In this document: one piece after another, positions 22,100-31,859 of the stretch
Layout: every line of letters starts with the position of its first letter
Position numbering within the stretch: position 1 is the first letter of the stretch
Source of the DNA: an uncultured Gammaproteobacteria bacterium
GTDB lineage: Bacteria > Patescibacteriota > Microgenomatia > Levybacterales > UBA12049
NCBI GenBank assembly: GCA_964521295.1
Contig: CAZFRF010000001.1
Location: forward strand, 270,146-334,145
Direction: 5' to 3'
Length of the DNA: 64,000 nucleotides
Made by a program: the position numbers and the translations under genes
Notes under the pieces: model-generated
What the model saw: only the letters and a program-made list of their open reading frames with translations
Told to the model about the DNA's origin: nothing
The model's database searches: none

Positions 22100-24675
22100 T
22101 TTTTATAAATACTTATTTCAACAGGGCTTTGAACAATCGCAGCCATATAGTAGTTTAAATCATTTGTAAACAGAAATAAATATTTAAAATTAGGAGAAAA
22201 TTCTTTTATCAATTTATATTTATTTTTCTGTAAATTTTTATATATATCTTTTGTTTCTGAATTATGTTTATACATAGATTCAATACCAACGTTAGTTAGA
22301 ATTACATATTCAGGATAGGTTTTATCACTTGTTTGTATTATTTTGTATTTATATTTATTATTATTCTCGATCTTATACTGCTTAAAATAAAACTCTTTAA
22401 CAACCAAGTCTGGCAACCCTTGATAAATTGGAATATTTTGTATTCCAATTGTAGAATTTATTGGAATATTTTTATTTATCCAATACGTTGATGATTGACG
22501 AGGATCACTAAATAATTTTAGAGGCATCCATGAAAATGATTCAACTACCTGGAGAAGGATAATGAAAATTATAAAAATTAGAATTAACAAGTTATTAAAT
22601 CTTTTCAACAAAAACTTAATAAGATAACTAACAAAATATGCAAAAAATGGAATTAAAATTAATACTCGATTATTTGTAGCATCTAATTTTAAAGGAATTA
22701 AGCTACAGGCAAATAAAATAAAAATTATAATAAAAGTAATTAATGTTCTATTTTCAAAAATATATCTATATTTATTTTTTAAAATAAATATGTTTCCTAG
22801 TAAAATAGAAATAAAAAGAATCATACCTAAAATTGCAATAATATAAAAAGTATGACTAAAAAGAGTAGGAAATAAATCTATTAATAAATAAGGCCAAATT
22901 TTGTTTGTAATTTGAAAATTTGCCACATTAAAATCTGGTGTCCTAGATAAAGTAGATGAAAGATATTCATTTAAACTACCCTTAGCCAAAAGAATATCTA
23001 TGACTCCGAAAGATAAAAAAGTGGATATATATATCACTCCTCCCTTTATAAGAGTAAAGATATGACTTCTCCAATTTTTATTAAAAATAAATATTAATCC
23101 TAATATCGGAATAAGCGCAAAAGGTGAAAGCTTTACGGATAAAGCCAAGGCGGATAATAAACATGCAAAGTAAAAATAATAATACTTAAATTCTTTTACG
23201 TATTTCAGAATAAATAGTATTGATAATAATGTCCAAAACATTAAGGCAATATCGTACTTAAAATACCCACTTAACATTAGCCACATAGGATTAAAAGTAA
23301 AAAAGAAGGTTGAGATCACTGGATTAATTTTTAAAATTTTTTTAGATAAATAATAAAACGCAAGAATACTTAATATTCCAAACAAAATAGTATTTGTACG
23401 CAAAACAATAAATAAGACCTGTTGAATATCAATGTTTAATACAGATGATTTGATTAAAAAAGGATTTACGACTTTTATTACCATAAACGGAATTAAATAT
23501 AAACCCGTTAAGAAAAAATGGAATATTGATCCATTTGCGGAGCCAGAAATATTTGGAGAACCAAATTTAAATAAGTTTCTTACTGACTGACTTTGATGCC
23601 ACTCATCCATAAAGTAATTAAAAGGATGACTATTTCCAGGAATTCCCCAACTAATCTGCGCCAGGCAAGCCCCAATGTAAATTAATAAAATAATTAAAAG
23701 CATTCTTTGCTTAAACAGTTTTCTTGTTAATAAATTAAAATTTACACCTACAAAAAACGCCTTAACTGTTCCAGACAAAACAGCAAAATCTGCAATAAAT
23801 TGAATCAGCGGCAAAAATATTAAACCTTTAATATTTTTTACATATTTATAATTTTTAAGAATTATCCAGAACAAATAAACTATCGCCCCTCCAGTAATCA
23901 ATAAATTTAGATACAATGATTTCATAATTGGAATCAAAATTACTAAATAGAGAGCAATAAAATATCTATAAATAAGCCAAAAAACTTTTTCTCTAATAAT
24001 ACCCGACTCAATATCTCCATATGCAAATCTATAAAACATTTTAAAAGCTGATTTTATATTAGATCTAGGTTGCCAATAGACAATCGCGTTTTGAATAAAT
24101 TTAATATTAAAACCTTCGTCCTTTATTTTGTTTGCAAACACATAATCTTCATTGTGGGAATATTTAACATCAAAGCCCCCAATACTCGACCATACTTTTT
24201 TCCTTAAAGCCATTGATCTTGTAGCAGGTAAAAAAGTGTTTGGATCCACTTTATCTGGCATAACCAATGCATATGGTATTAATGACTTTTGAAAAATACT
24301 TGCATGTTTCCCTTTATAATATCCAGCAACAACATCTACATTTGGAGAAAAAGATGAATACATATTTTTTACCCAATCTTTATGAAGCTCACATCCAGAA
24401 TCAGTAATTAGTATAATCTCAAATTTTGATTTTTTAATCGCTAAATTTCTACCTAAAGACCGATTCCCTTTTTTAACAAAAAATTTGATATTTAATTTTT
24501 TATGTTTCGAAGAAATTTCTTGGATTTTATTAACAGTTTTATCATTACTTCCCCCGTCAACAATTATAATTTCCGATGGTAATAGTGTCTGCTTGACTAC
24601 AGACTCTAAAAACCTACTAACTGTATCCTCTTCGTTTAAAACAGTACAAATTAATGAACATTTAGCCTTAGCCAT
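22096..24675 (-). CDS. Fusion of GT2 and GT-C-like multi-TM domains
   Basis: N-terminal VLNEE, VDGGSND, TDSGC, GGFD...NED; then MDEWH and more than 10 TM helices. Confidence 0.78.
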   Translation of the reverse strand: MAKAKCSLICTVLNEEDTVSRFLESVVKQTLLPSEIIIVDGGSNDKTVNKIQEISSKHKKLNIKFFVKKGNRSLGRNLAIKKSKFEIILITDSGCELHKDWVKNMYSSFSPNVDVVAGYYKGKHASIFQKSLIPYALVMPDKVDPNTFLPATRSMALRKKVWSSIGGFDVKYSHNEDYVFANKIKDEGFNIKFIQNAIVYWQPRSNIKSAFKMFYRFAYGDIESGIIREKVFWLIYRYFIALYLVILIPIMKSLYLNLLITGGAIVYLFWIILKNYKYVKNIKGLIFLPLIQFIADFAVLSGTVKAFFVGVNFNLLTRKLFKQRMLLIILLIYIGACLAQISWGIPGNSHPFNYFMDEWHQSQSVRNLFKFGSPNISGSANGSIFHFFLTGLYLIPFMVIKVVNPFLIKSSVLNIDIQQVLFIVLRTNTILFGILSILAFYYLSKKILKINPVISTFFFTFNPMWLMLSGYFKYDIALMFWTLLSILFILKYVKEFKYYYFYFACLLSALALSVKLSPFALIPILGLIFIFNKNWRSHIFTLIKGGVIYISTFLSFGVIDILLAKGSLNEYLSSTLSRTPDFNVANFQITNKIWPYLLIDLFPTLFSHTFYIIAILGMILFISILLGNIFILKNKYRYIFENRTLITFIIIFILFACSLIPLKLDATNNRVLILIPFFAYFVSYLIKFLLKRFNNLLILIFIIFIILLQVVESFSWMPLKLFSDPRQSSTYWINKNIPINSTIGIQNIPIYQGLPDLVVKEFYFKQYKIENNNKYKYKIIQTSDKTYPEYVILTNVGIESMYKHNSETKDIYKNLQKNKYKLIKEFSPNFKYLFLFTNDLNYYMAAIVQSPVEISIYKK

Positions 24676-24722
24676 ATTGTGGTTGAATTATAGCACCTCC
24701 TACATTAGAATACAGAGATATT

Positions 24723-26582
24723 ATGGGATTCATTAATTCTTTATTTACTAATATAATTCAGAATTTTAATTATGTAAAAAATGATTTTACGGGATTTAAT
24801 TTAGATATTAGTTTTATACTAAATTTTATTTTCAATTTAATCGTAACAGTAATTATATTTAATCTAACATATTTATTTGGAAAGAAAATATTTTCATTAT
24901 TTAATAAAAACTTTGAAAGTAAACCATACTCTTATCTTGTCTCAATTGGAATAGGATATATTTTTTCATCATTAGGAATTACCTTACTCGGCTTCTTTCA
25001 TTTGCTTTACCCTCAATTAATCTCAATCTATCTTTTATGCATTATTTTTATTTCATTTTTTCCATTTAATAATTTAAAAAAAACATTTTTTGAATTATTT
25101 ATATATATTAAAAATGAAATTATCTATTTCAAGCAATTTAAGGCAATTTTTATTGTTGCTTTTCTTTTTATTTTACTCGGATTTATTAATCTTATTAATC
25201 CCGAATACAGAGAAGATCAATACCATGTTGACTTACCAAGGCAGTATTTAAAATTTAACACAAATATGATTCCACCAAAGGAACAACTACATGTTTCAGC
25301 AGCTCCTCAAACCGCAGAATCGTATTATTTAATTGGAATATTTTTATTATCTAAAGAAGCAGCTAGATTTTTACATTTTTACTTTTATTTACTAACAATC
25401 TTAGCATTGATAAACTATTCAAAAATAAGCAGTAAATATAAATTTGCTATCTATACACCTCTACTATTAGTAAGCAGTCCTGTCATTATTAAAGAAACCT
25501 CATCCATGTATACAGACTTCCAATGGCTCTTCTGCTTACTCATTTCAACTTTAATATTAATTGATCAGTATAAAAATAAATTAGCTACTTATTCATTGTC
25601 TGGATTATTCTTTGGTGGCATAGTTGCTTCAAAACTCTGGACAATTATATTTTACCCAGTGTTCATTATTTTTCTTACTTTTCTAAATAAATTTAAAAAA
25701 ATAACAATTAAATATATAGTATTATTTATTTCTTTTTCTCTTGTTACGTATGGAATTTGGATAATAAGATCATATATTTTAACAGGTAATCCGTTATATC
25801 CAGCATTTATTGATCATCTAAATCTTGATGGGACAAGAGAGAAAATAAATTTGTTTCAGTATATTGGAATAAATTATGGGTTACTTAATCCAAAGTATTT
25901 TATAAATGTATTTTCTCCTTTGTTTTTTGTTGGAATATTATTTTGTATTTTAAATTTCAAAAACATTTATAAAAAAATAAATCTATTACAAATTAATAAA
26001 ATAATTTTCATCACGTTTATTACATATTTACTAGTCCAATATATCTTTGGGAGATATATGATTGGACTCTATATTTTCTTAATCTTCATTTCCGCTCTTT
26101 CAATTAATGAGTTTGTTAAAAAAAATAAATTACTAAACGCTGTTTTAATATTTATGCCAATAATTGTATTTATTTATTATTTTATAAATTCTTTTTTAAT
26201 ATTGCCCTACTCGCTTGGCTTCAGCGATAAAAATAATTATTTAACGCGAATTTTAATAAGAGATAATTCAAGTTATTTTGATTTTGGGAAACAGTTTAAT
26301 AAATATATAAAAAGTGATGATGTTGTTGGATTCTATAATTTCCATGGGTATTATTATGCAGACTTTCAATATACTGATGTAAATTTTTTAATTAATAAGA
26401 GAGAACAGTCGATTCTGACATTGAAAAAAAATGGCATAAAATTATTAATATTAAGAGGTGATAATTTTAAATTTTTCTGTAAGAAATATTCACTAAAAGA
26501 TTGTGATACATATCAACCCAAACTTATTTCGCAATATAATTTCTTTCCTTTCATATTTTTATATTCTTTTAAGAATTTATGA
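24723..26582 (+). CDS. GT-C-like membrane protein, paralogue of 11682..13235
   Basis: EDQYHVDLP, YTDF, TGNPLYP and a C-terminal FHGYYYADF shared with the 11682 protein. Confidence 0.65.
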   Translation: MGFINSLFTNIIQNFNYVKNDFTGFNLDISFILNFIFNLIVTVIIFNLTYLFGKKIFSLFNKNFESKPYSYLVSIGIGYIFSSLGITLLGFFHLLYPQLISIYLLCIIFISFFPFNNLKKTFFELFIYIKNEIIYFKQFKAIFIVAFLFILLGFINLINPEYREDQYHVDLPRQYLKFNTNMIPPKEQLHVSAAPQTAESYYLIGIFLLSKEAARFLHFYFYLLTILALINYSKISSKYKFAIYTPLLLVSSPVIIKETSSMYTDFQWLFCLLISTLILIDQYKNKLATYSLSGLFFGGIVASKLWTIIFYPVFIIFLTFLNKFKKITIKYIVLFISFSLVTYGIWIIRSYILTGNPLYPAFIDHLNLDGTREKINLFQYIGINYGLLNPKYFINVFSPLFFVGILFCILNFKNIYKKINLLQINKIIFITFITYLLVQYIFGRYMIGLYIFLIFISALSINEFVKKNKLLNAVLIFMPIIVFIYYFINSFLILPYSLGFSDKNNYLTRILIRDNSSYFDFGKQFNKYIKSDDVVGFYNFHGYYYADFQYTDVNFLINKREQSILTLKKNGIKLLILRGDNFKFFCKKYSLKDCDTYQPKLISQYNFFPFIFLYSFKNL

Positions 26583-28324
26583 TAACACCATATAAATTAG
26601 TATTCATAAACCTGTTATTTTTAATTTTTTTAACTTTGCTTATTTTTATATTCAAAATAATTTTTCCAAAAAAGAAAGTTAACCCTTTATTTTTACTTTT
26701 ATTATTAAGTCTAGGTACATCAATTAGCATATTACGCATTGGCTCATATGAAAGTGGGGATTTCAATATACATGCCTACAGGTCCATTGAATTCTATAAA
26801 AATATCCTTGAAGGATTCATTTATCCTTCTTGGGCAGGAGACTTAAACGCATTATATGGTTTACCATTATTTATGTTTAATTATACTTTACCTTACTACT
26901 TTACAACGATCGCGCACCTTATAGGATTTTCATTTATTAATTCGTTAAAATTTTTTCTAATTACTAATTTAGTATTAACAAGTTTATTTAGTTATATTTT
27001 AGGATTAACAGTATTTAATAATAACAAGTTGCATGCATTTGTATTTGCAATCTTATATTCTTTTTTTCCTTATCATCTGATTTCTGTGCATTATAAGATC
27101 ACACTTGGTGAAATATCTTCCTATACATTACTTCCTTTATTTTTTTATTTTGTCTCACTAACTAATAAAACTAAAAAAAATATATTTCTTATACATTCAT
27201 CGTTAATTTATTATTTTATATTTATTAGTCATATTTTCATAGCAATTTTTACTATTCCACTATTGTTCTCATATTTATTTATAAATGGCAATGATAAATT
27301 AAGAAATTTAATCAAATTTTCTTTTATAGTGATTTTTTCATTAACATTATCAGCATACCAATGGGTACCAAGTATTTTATTTCAATCTCAACTTTATATA
27401 ACACATATTAATATAGATCTAAACAACATATTCTTCCCATCAATCATCGATCTACTATATTCGCCTTGGAGATTTGGTTTTTTATTTCAAGGGCCAAACG
27501 GAGAAATATCTTACTTACTCGGTTACACTCAAATAGCATTAATTTTAATTACGATAATTTTTATATATAAACGTAGATTTTTAAATTTTGAAAAAAAACA
27601 AATATACTTTTGGCTTATTTTTTTCGTTTTATATTTATTTCTACTACTCCCTCAATCTAAACTATTTTGGGACTTTATACCTATATTGGGTGGCTCTGGA
27701 CCACATAGACTACTAGTTATTATGGGTTTAATAACAACTTTTATCTGCTCTATTACAATAAGTAAAATAAAAAATAAAAAAGTAATTTACTTAATAATAT
27801 TATTTGCTATAGGATCAACCATTTTAAACTGGGGACATAGAAAAGTTATACCCGAAATAAACGATGAATATTTAATAAAAACTCTTCCTCTTAGCACTTA
27901 TAATATAGACAATCATTTTTATGCAGCTACAATTTATCAAAACCCAAAAAAGCTATGGGAAAATATGATTCCAATTAATTCATTTCAACCGAACGAATCA
28001 ATTTCTTCCATTATTATCAAAAGATCTCAAAATGAACATATATATAAAATGTCTGTGAAATACAATACAATCGTAAGTGAAAATACTTTATATTTTCCTG
28101 GATGGAATGTATATGCAAATAATAATAAATTAAAAATTTACCCAAATAATAAGGGGCACATTTCTTTTGCTATTAATAAAGGAGAATATATTGTTTTAAT
28201 TAAATATGAGGATGTTTATATTATCAGCTTACTTAAAAAAATAAGTTTATTTTTATTTATAGCATCTCTACTCACCATAGTCCTTATTAAAATTAAATCT
28301 TCCAAAGTTTTATATAAACATTAG
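26579..28324 (+). CDS. PTPS-related / YfhO-like GT-C membrane protein
   Basis: DFNIH, PSWAGDLN..YGLPLFMFNY, ENTLYFPGW. Confidence 0.8.
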   Translation: MITPYKLVFINLLFLIFLTLLIFIFKIIFPKKKVNPLFLLLLLSLGTSISILRIGSYESGDFNIHAYRSIEFYKNILEGFIYPSWAGDLNALYGLPLFMFNYTLPYYFTTIAHLIGFSFINSLKFFLITNLVLTSLFSYILGLTVFNNNKLHAFVFAILYSFFPYHLISVHYKITLGEISSYTLLPLFFYFVSLTNKTKKNIFLIHSSLIYYFIFISHIFIAIFTIPLLFSYLFINGNDKLRNLIKFSFIVIFSLTLSAYQWVPSILFQSQLYITHINIDLNNIFFPSIIDLLYSPWRFGFLFQGPNGEISYLLGYTQIALILITIIFIYKRRFLNFEKKQIYFWLIFFVLYLFLLLPQSKLFWDFIPILGGSGPHRLLVIMGLITTFICSITISKIKNKKVIYLIILFAIGSTILNWGHRKVIPEINDEYLIKTLPLSTYNIDNHFYAATIYQNPKKLWENMIPINSFQPNESISSIIIKRSQNEHIYKMSVKYNTIVSENTLYFPGWNVYANNNKLKIYPNNKGHISFAINKGEYIVLIKYEDVYIISLLKKISLFLFIASLLTIVLIKIKSSKVLYKH

Positions 28325-29324
28325 TCACTTCCTCCCATGTCAAAAGAATCTTGGAAGCACTTGAATAATTCAATATATCTTTATTTAATAAATATTTTTT
28401 TATAGAATTTGAGACTTGATAACTGTCTTTACATATAAATATGTTTTTGCTGAATGGCGTCATCTCTAAATAATCTTTTTTAATTTCGTTATTATACACA
28501 GCGAAAATAGGTTTTTTGGCAGCTAATGCCTCAAGTATTCCTAAATACCTAGAAACAAATACATATGAATAGTTGGGTAAAAATTTTTCAACATTATATA
28601 CAAATCCTTTAAAGGATACGTTTAATTTATGTCTTTTAACAAATCTAAAAGCATTTTTAAATTGTTCACCATTCCCATATACATCTAGACTTAGTTCATT
28701 ATTTTCATCTTTTAATATTTTTATCGCTTTCAAATAATCCATTATTCCAGCTTCCTCTTCTAATCTACCAATATACATTACTTTATTTGAAAATTTGATT
28801 TTACTGTTATTAAATTTTTGCTTTTCTACTCCTCCAAAAATAACGAAAGTTGGATTTGTTTTATACCATTTTTTAAAAAAATCTCCTACACATATATTTC
28901 CTCTTGAAAGTTTTTCCGCAAGTTTATGCATAAACTTCGCTTTTAAGTTTGGGATATTATTCCCCTCATAACCGTGAAAAGTTGTATAGATTTTTTTATT
29001 AAAAAATAAAAATCTAAATGGTAAATACCAATAGAAAACATCATGACAATGTACAATATCTGCTTGTCTTATTTCGTTCAGGTATTTAAATAAATTTATC
29101 CAAATAATAAACTTTTTAAGCTTATTCTCTTTTATTGAAGGTATGAAAATTACCTCCTCACCATTATTGTGTAGGTTTAATTTTTTATTATTGACTACAG
29201 GTTCTTCGGCAATAATTTTAACTGAGTATCCTTTTTTAATTAATTCTTTACTAATTTGCCAAATATGCTTTTCTACTCCTCCAATATTTGGATAATAAGA
29301 TCTTGTTAAAAATAAAATTTTCAT
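28293..29324 (-). CDS. GT4 glycosyltransferase
   Basis: YPNIGGVEKH, IVHCHD, TFHG, YIGRL, LEALAAKKP. Confidence 0.9.
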   Translation of the reverse strand: MKILFLTRSYYPNIGGVEKHIWQISKELIKKGYSVKIIAEEPVVNNKKLNLHNNGEEVIFIPSIKENKLKKFIIWINLFKYLNEIRQADIVHCHDVFYWYLPFRFLFFNKKIYTTFHGYEGNNIPNLKAKFMHKLAEKLSRGNICVGDFFKKWYKTNPTFVIFGGVEKQKFNNSKIKFSNKVMYIGRLEEEAGIMDYLKAIKILKDENNELSLDVYGNGEQFKNAFRFVKRHKLNVSFKGFVYNVEKFLPNYSYVFVSRYLGILEALAAKKPIFAVYNNEIKKDYLEMTPFSKNIFICKDSYQVSNSIKKYLLNKDILNYSSASKILLTWEEVTNVYIKLWKI

Positions 29325-29371
29325 ATCCAGATTCTAACACAATCTAAGAAGCTAAAGAAGATAAAAAATCA

Positions 29372-29995
29372 TTATTCTGTTATTTTCTCGATTCCCTCAG
29401 GAGACTCTATTTCAATTGAATTTAAACAAGAATTGTATTTTCCAGTTACTATAACTAAATTGTTCGAAAATTTATAAAAATCGACGTCCTTATTATAAGG
29501 GAGATAGATTGCTTGATCTGATGAATCTGTTAACAAAACTGTTCGTTTTGTTATTTTCTTTTGTGGAGTAGAAATTATATTTAATACATAATCGACAGGT
29601 CCAACCCTATCTGTATATATTTCCCTAAAATTCAAGATTTTTACATATCCCAAAATACTTTGAGTTCCTTTTTCACAAATAACTTTATTTCCGCCAAATA
29701 ATCCAAAAACAGACAGAAACATTAATACACCAGCTATACCTAAACTTCCTTTAAACGTAAAACTAAATGCTTTTTGTTTTTTAATTTCCTCAAGTAGTTC
29801 AATAACTCTTCTTAATGGATTTCCAATTCTTATATCTAATAAATCGTCCTCGTCTTTATAGTTACCTGTATGACTATAAATAAATTTTTCTAAAGGATTT
29901 TTTGCTGATTTATAATCTGGAGCGCTAATAAAATGGCCTTTTTCGTCTCTAGGTCTACTCTTTGTCACTTCACTTCTTAATTTATCAGCAGACAT
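29372..29995 (-). CDS. Hypothetical protein with a central TM helix
   Basis: 207-aa ORF; N-terminal RPRDEKGHF motif; TM SLGIAGVLMFLSVFGLFGG. Confidence 0.75.
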   Translation of the reverse strand: MSADKLRSEVTKSRPRDEKGHFISAPDYKSAKNPLEKFIYSHTGNYKDEDDLLDIRIGNPLRRVIELLEEIKKQKAFSFTFKGSLGIAGVLMFLSVFGLFGGNKVICEKGTQSILGYVKILNFREIYTDRVGPVDYVLNIISTPQKKITKRTVLLTDSSDQAIYLPYNKDVDFYKFSNNLVIVTGKYNSCLNSIEIESPEGIEKITE

Positions 29996-30033
29996 AATTA
30001 ATTATGAATATATATCATTACAAAAATCAAGTG

Positions 30034-30105
30034 TGGACTTGAGAGGATTTGAACCTCTGACTTTTTCAATGTGAATGAAACGCTCTACCCCTGAGCTACA
30101 AGTCC
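30034..30105 (-). tRNA. tRNA-Val(CAC)
   Basis: Reverse complement reads GGACTTG TA GCTC AGGGGTA GAGC G TTTCA TTCACAT TGAAA AAGTC AGAGG TTCAAAT CCTCT CAAGTCC A. CCA not encoded. Confidence 0.95.
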
Positions 30106-30111
30106 ATAAAA

Positions 30112-30140
30112 ATTATATCTCCAATTGACAAAAAAGTCTA
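30112..30140 (-). promoter_or_regulatory. Promoter for tRNA-Val
   Basis: TAGACT-17 nt-TATAAT, ending 6 nt before the mature tRNA 5' end. Confidence 0.65.
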
Positions 30141-30153
30141 AAGTTGACACAAT
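30125..30153 (+). promoter_or_regulatory. Promoter for lepB (overlaps the divergent tRNA-Val promoter)
   Basis: TTGACA-17 nt-CACAAT, 6 nt before ATG. Confidence 0.6.
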
Positions 30154-30159
30154 TAATTA

Positions 30160-30720
30160 ATGAGGTTTCTTCAAAAAATCTGGGCGTTTTTACTTGATAG
30201 CGCCCAAACATTTTTAATAGCAGCAGCAATATTTTTGGTAATTTATCTATTTTTATTTAGACCATATGAAGTCCAAGGAGAATCAATGTATCCTAATTTT
30301 TATAATAAGGAATATGTTTTAACTAATTTAATTATTTTAAGATTTAAAGCTCCCAAAATGGGAGATGTGGTCGTATTTAAATCTCCTGCTGAACCAGAAA
30401 AAGACTATATCAAAAGAGTAATTGGTGTTCCAGGAGATAAGGTGATGATAAAAGACGGAAGCGTATACTTAAATGGTAAAATATTAGACGAGTCATCTTT
30501 TCTCAGCTCTAATGTAAAAACCTTCCCAGGCGGTTTCCTTCAAGAGGGACAGGAGGTAACAGTTCCAGAGGAAAAATACATTGTTCTTGGTGACAACCGA
30601 GGCGCGAGTTCTGATTCAAGAGAATGGGGATTTGTTTCCAAAAATGCAATTATCGGAGAGTCATTATTTGTTTATTTACCCGTAAATCGAATGAGGTTAG
30701 TTGAAAATCCCTATAATTAA
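30160..30720 (+). CDS. lepB: Signal peptidase I
   Basis: GESMYP, YIKRVIGVPGD, GDNR..SSDSR.WG. Confidence 0.97.
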   Translation: MRFLQKIWAFLLDSAQTFLIAAAIFLVIYLFLFRPYEVQGESMYPNFYNKEYVLTNLIILRFKAPKMGDVVVFKSPAEPEKDYIKRVIGVPGDKVMIKDGSVYLNGKILDESSFLSSNVKTFPGGFLQEGQEVTVPEEKYIVLGDNRGASSDSREWGFVSKNAIIGESLFVYLPVNRMRLVENPYN

Positions 30721-31535
30721 CTTTTATTTAACAGCTCAAATATTTCTTTAATCTTAGGTCCTGTTACATCTACGTCACCTTTTAGAACGATTTGAATTTT
30801 TGCTTGAGTTCTAGATTGCGACATTGCAACCTTATTGAAACCTCTTATCTCCTCTAATTTTTTAGACATTTCATCTAATTCTGGTACCCAAAGCTTATTA
30901 ACTTTTGTTCTTGGCTCTTTCTTCTGAACCTCTCCCTTAACTTGTCTCGCCAACTCTTCTGTTTCTCTTACGGTACTATTTTCTTTAAGGATTCTTTTAA
31001 ACAACTCTAGCATTAGTTTAGGATCACCGAGAGAAATTAATGGCCTTACATGACCCTCCGTGATAACACCAGCAACAAGCGCGTCCTTAATAGCATCTGG
31101 AAGAGACAATAATCTTATCGTATTGGAAACAGTTGGCGCACTCTTACCAAGTCTTCTAGCAACCTCATTAGTTCCAAGCCCAAACTCTTCAATGAGTCTT
31201 TTGTATGCCATTGCTCTCTCTATTGGATTTAAATCTTCTCTTTGTACATTCTCAACTATTGACATCTCTAACATGCCTTGGGGAGTTGTTTCTTTAATAA
31301 CAACTGGTACTTTTGGAAGACCCAATACCTTTGCAGCTCTCCAACGTCTTTCACCTGCTATGATTTGATATCCTGCAGGAGTCTTAGCTACGACAATAGG
31401 TTCTAATATTCCTTGTTCTCTTATTGAATCAACTAATTCCTGAAGTGAATCGGGAGAAATAATACCTCTGGGCTGCAAAGGATTAGCTTGCAGCATATTA
31501 ATTTCAAGTTCAAAAATTCTATCTGATATTTCCAT
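30717..31535 (-). CDS. parB: ParB/Spo0J chromosome partitioning protein
   Basis: NPLQPR, AGERRWRA, ENVQREDLNPIE, HTH. Confidence 0.95.
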   Translation of the reverse strand: MEISDRIFELEINMLQANPLQPRGIISPDSLQELVDSIREQGILEPIVVAKTPAGYQIIAGERRWRAAKVLGLPKVPVVIKETTPQGMLEMSIVENVQREDLNPIERAMAYKRLIEEFGLGTNEVARRLGKSAPTVSNTIRLLSLPDAIKDALVAGVITEGHVRPLISLGDPKLMLELFKRILKENSTVRETEELARQVKGEVQKKEPRTKVNKLWVPELDEMSKKLEEIRGFNKVAMSQSRTQAKIQIVLKGDVDVTGPKIKEIFELLNKS

Positions 31536-31549
31536 TTTTTATAAATTTA

Positions 31550-31798
31550 TTAAGCTGAAACTTCTATAAATTTCTTGGAATTTAATTTTTTAAATTTAAC
31601 AATTCCACTTATTAAAGAAAACAAAGTATAATCTTTACCCATGCCTACATTTTTACCAGCATGAAATTTAGTTCCTTTTTGTCTAACTAAAATACTACCT
31701 GGCTTAGCCTCCTGCCCACCATAAATCTTAACGCCTAAGCGCTTGGCTCTCGAATCTCTATTTCCTTTAACTGCTCCTTGTGCTTTTGTATGTGCCAT
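31550..31798 (-). CDS. rpmA: 50S ribosomal protein L27
   Basis: [25 protein letters not shown]. Confidence 0.98.
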   Translation of the reverse strand: MAHTKAQGAVKGNRDSRAKRLGVKIYGGQEAKPGSILVRQKGTKFHAGKNVGMGKDYTLFSLISGIVKFKKLNSKKFIEVSA

Positions 31799-31821
31799 AT
31801 TAGTGTTGTGAAAACTGATTT

Positions 31822-31851
31822 ATTTTATCTCGACTTTTCACAGTCTGTCAA
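31822..31851 (-). promoter_or_regulatory. Internal promoter upstream of rpmA
   Basis: TTGACA-18 nt-TAAAAT in the rplU-rpmA spacer. Confidence 0.6.
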
Positions 31852-31859
31852 GATACAAA

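Noticed and set aside
9160-30105. tRNA-integrated genomic island or prophage between the two tRNAs
   Set aside because: No integrase, phage gene or duplicated tRNA 3' end (att repeat) was seen.
31799-31859. Missing Prp (ysxB) protease between rplU and rpmA
   Set aside because: L27 starts MAHTK with no N-terminal extension, so no Prp is expected.
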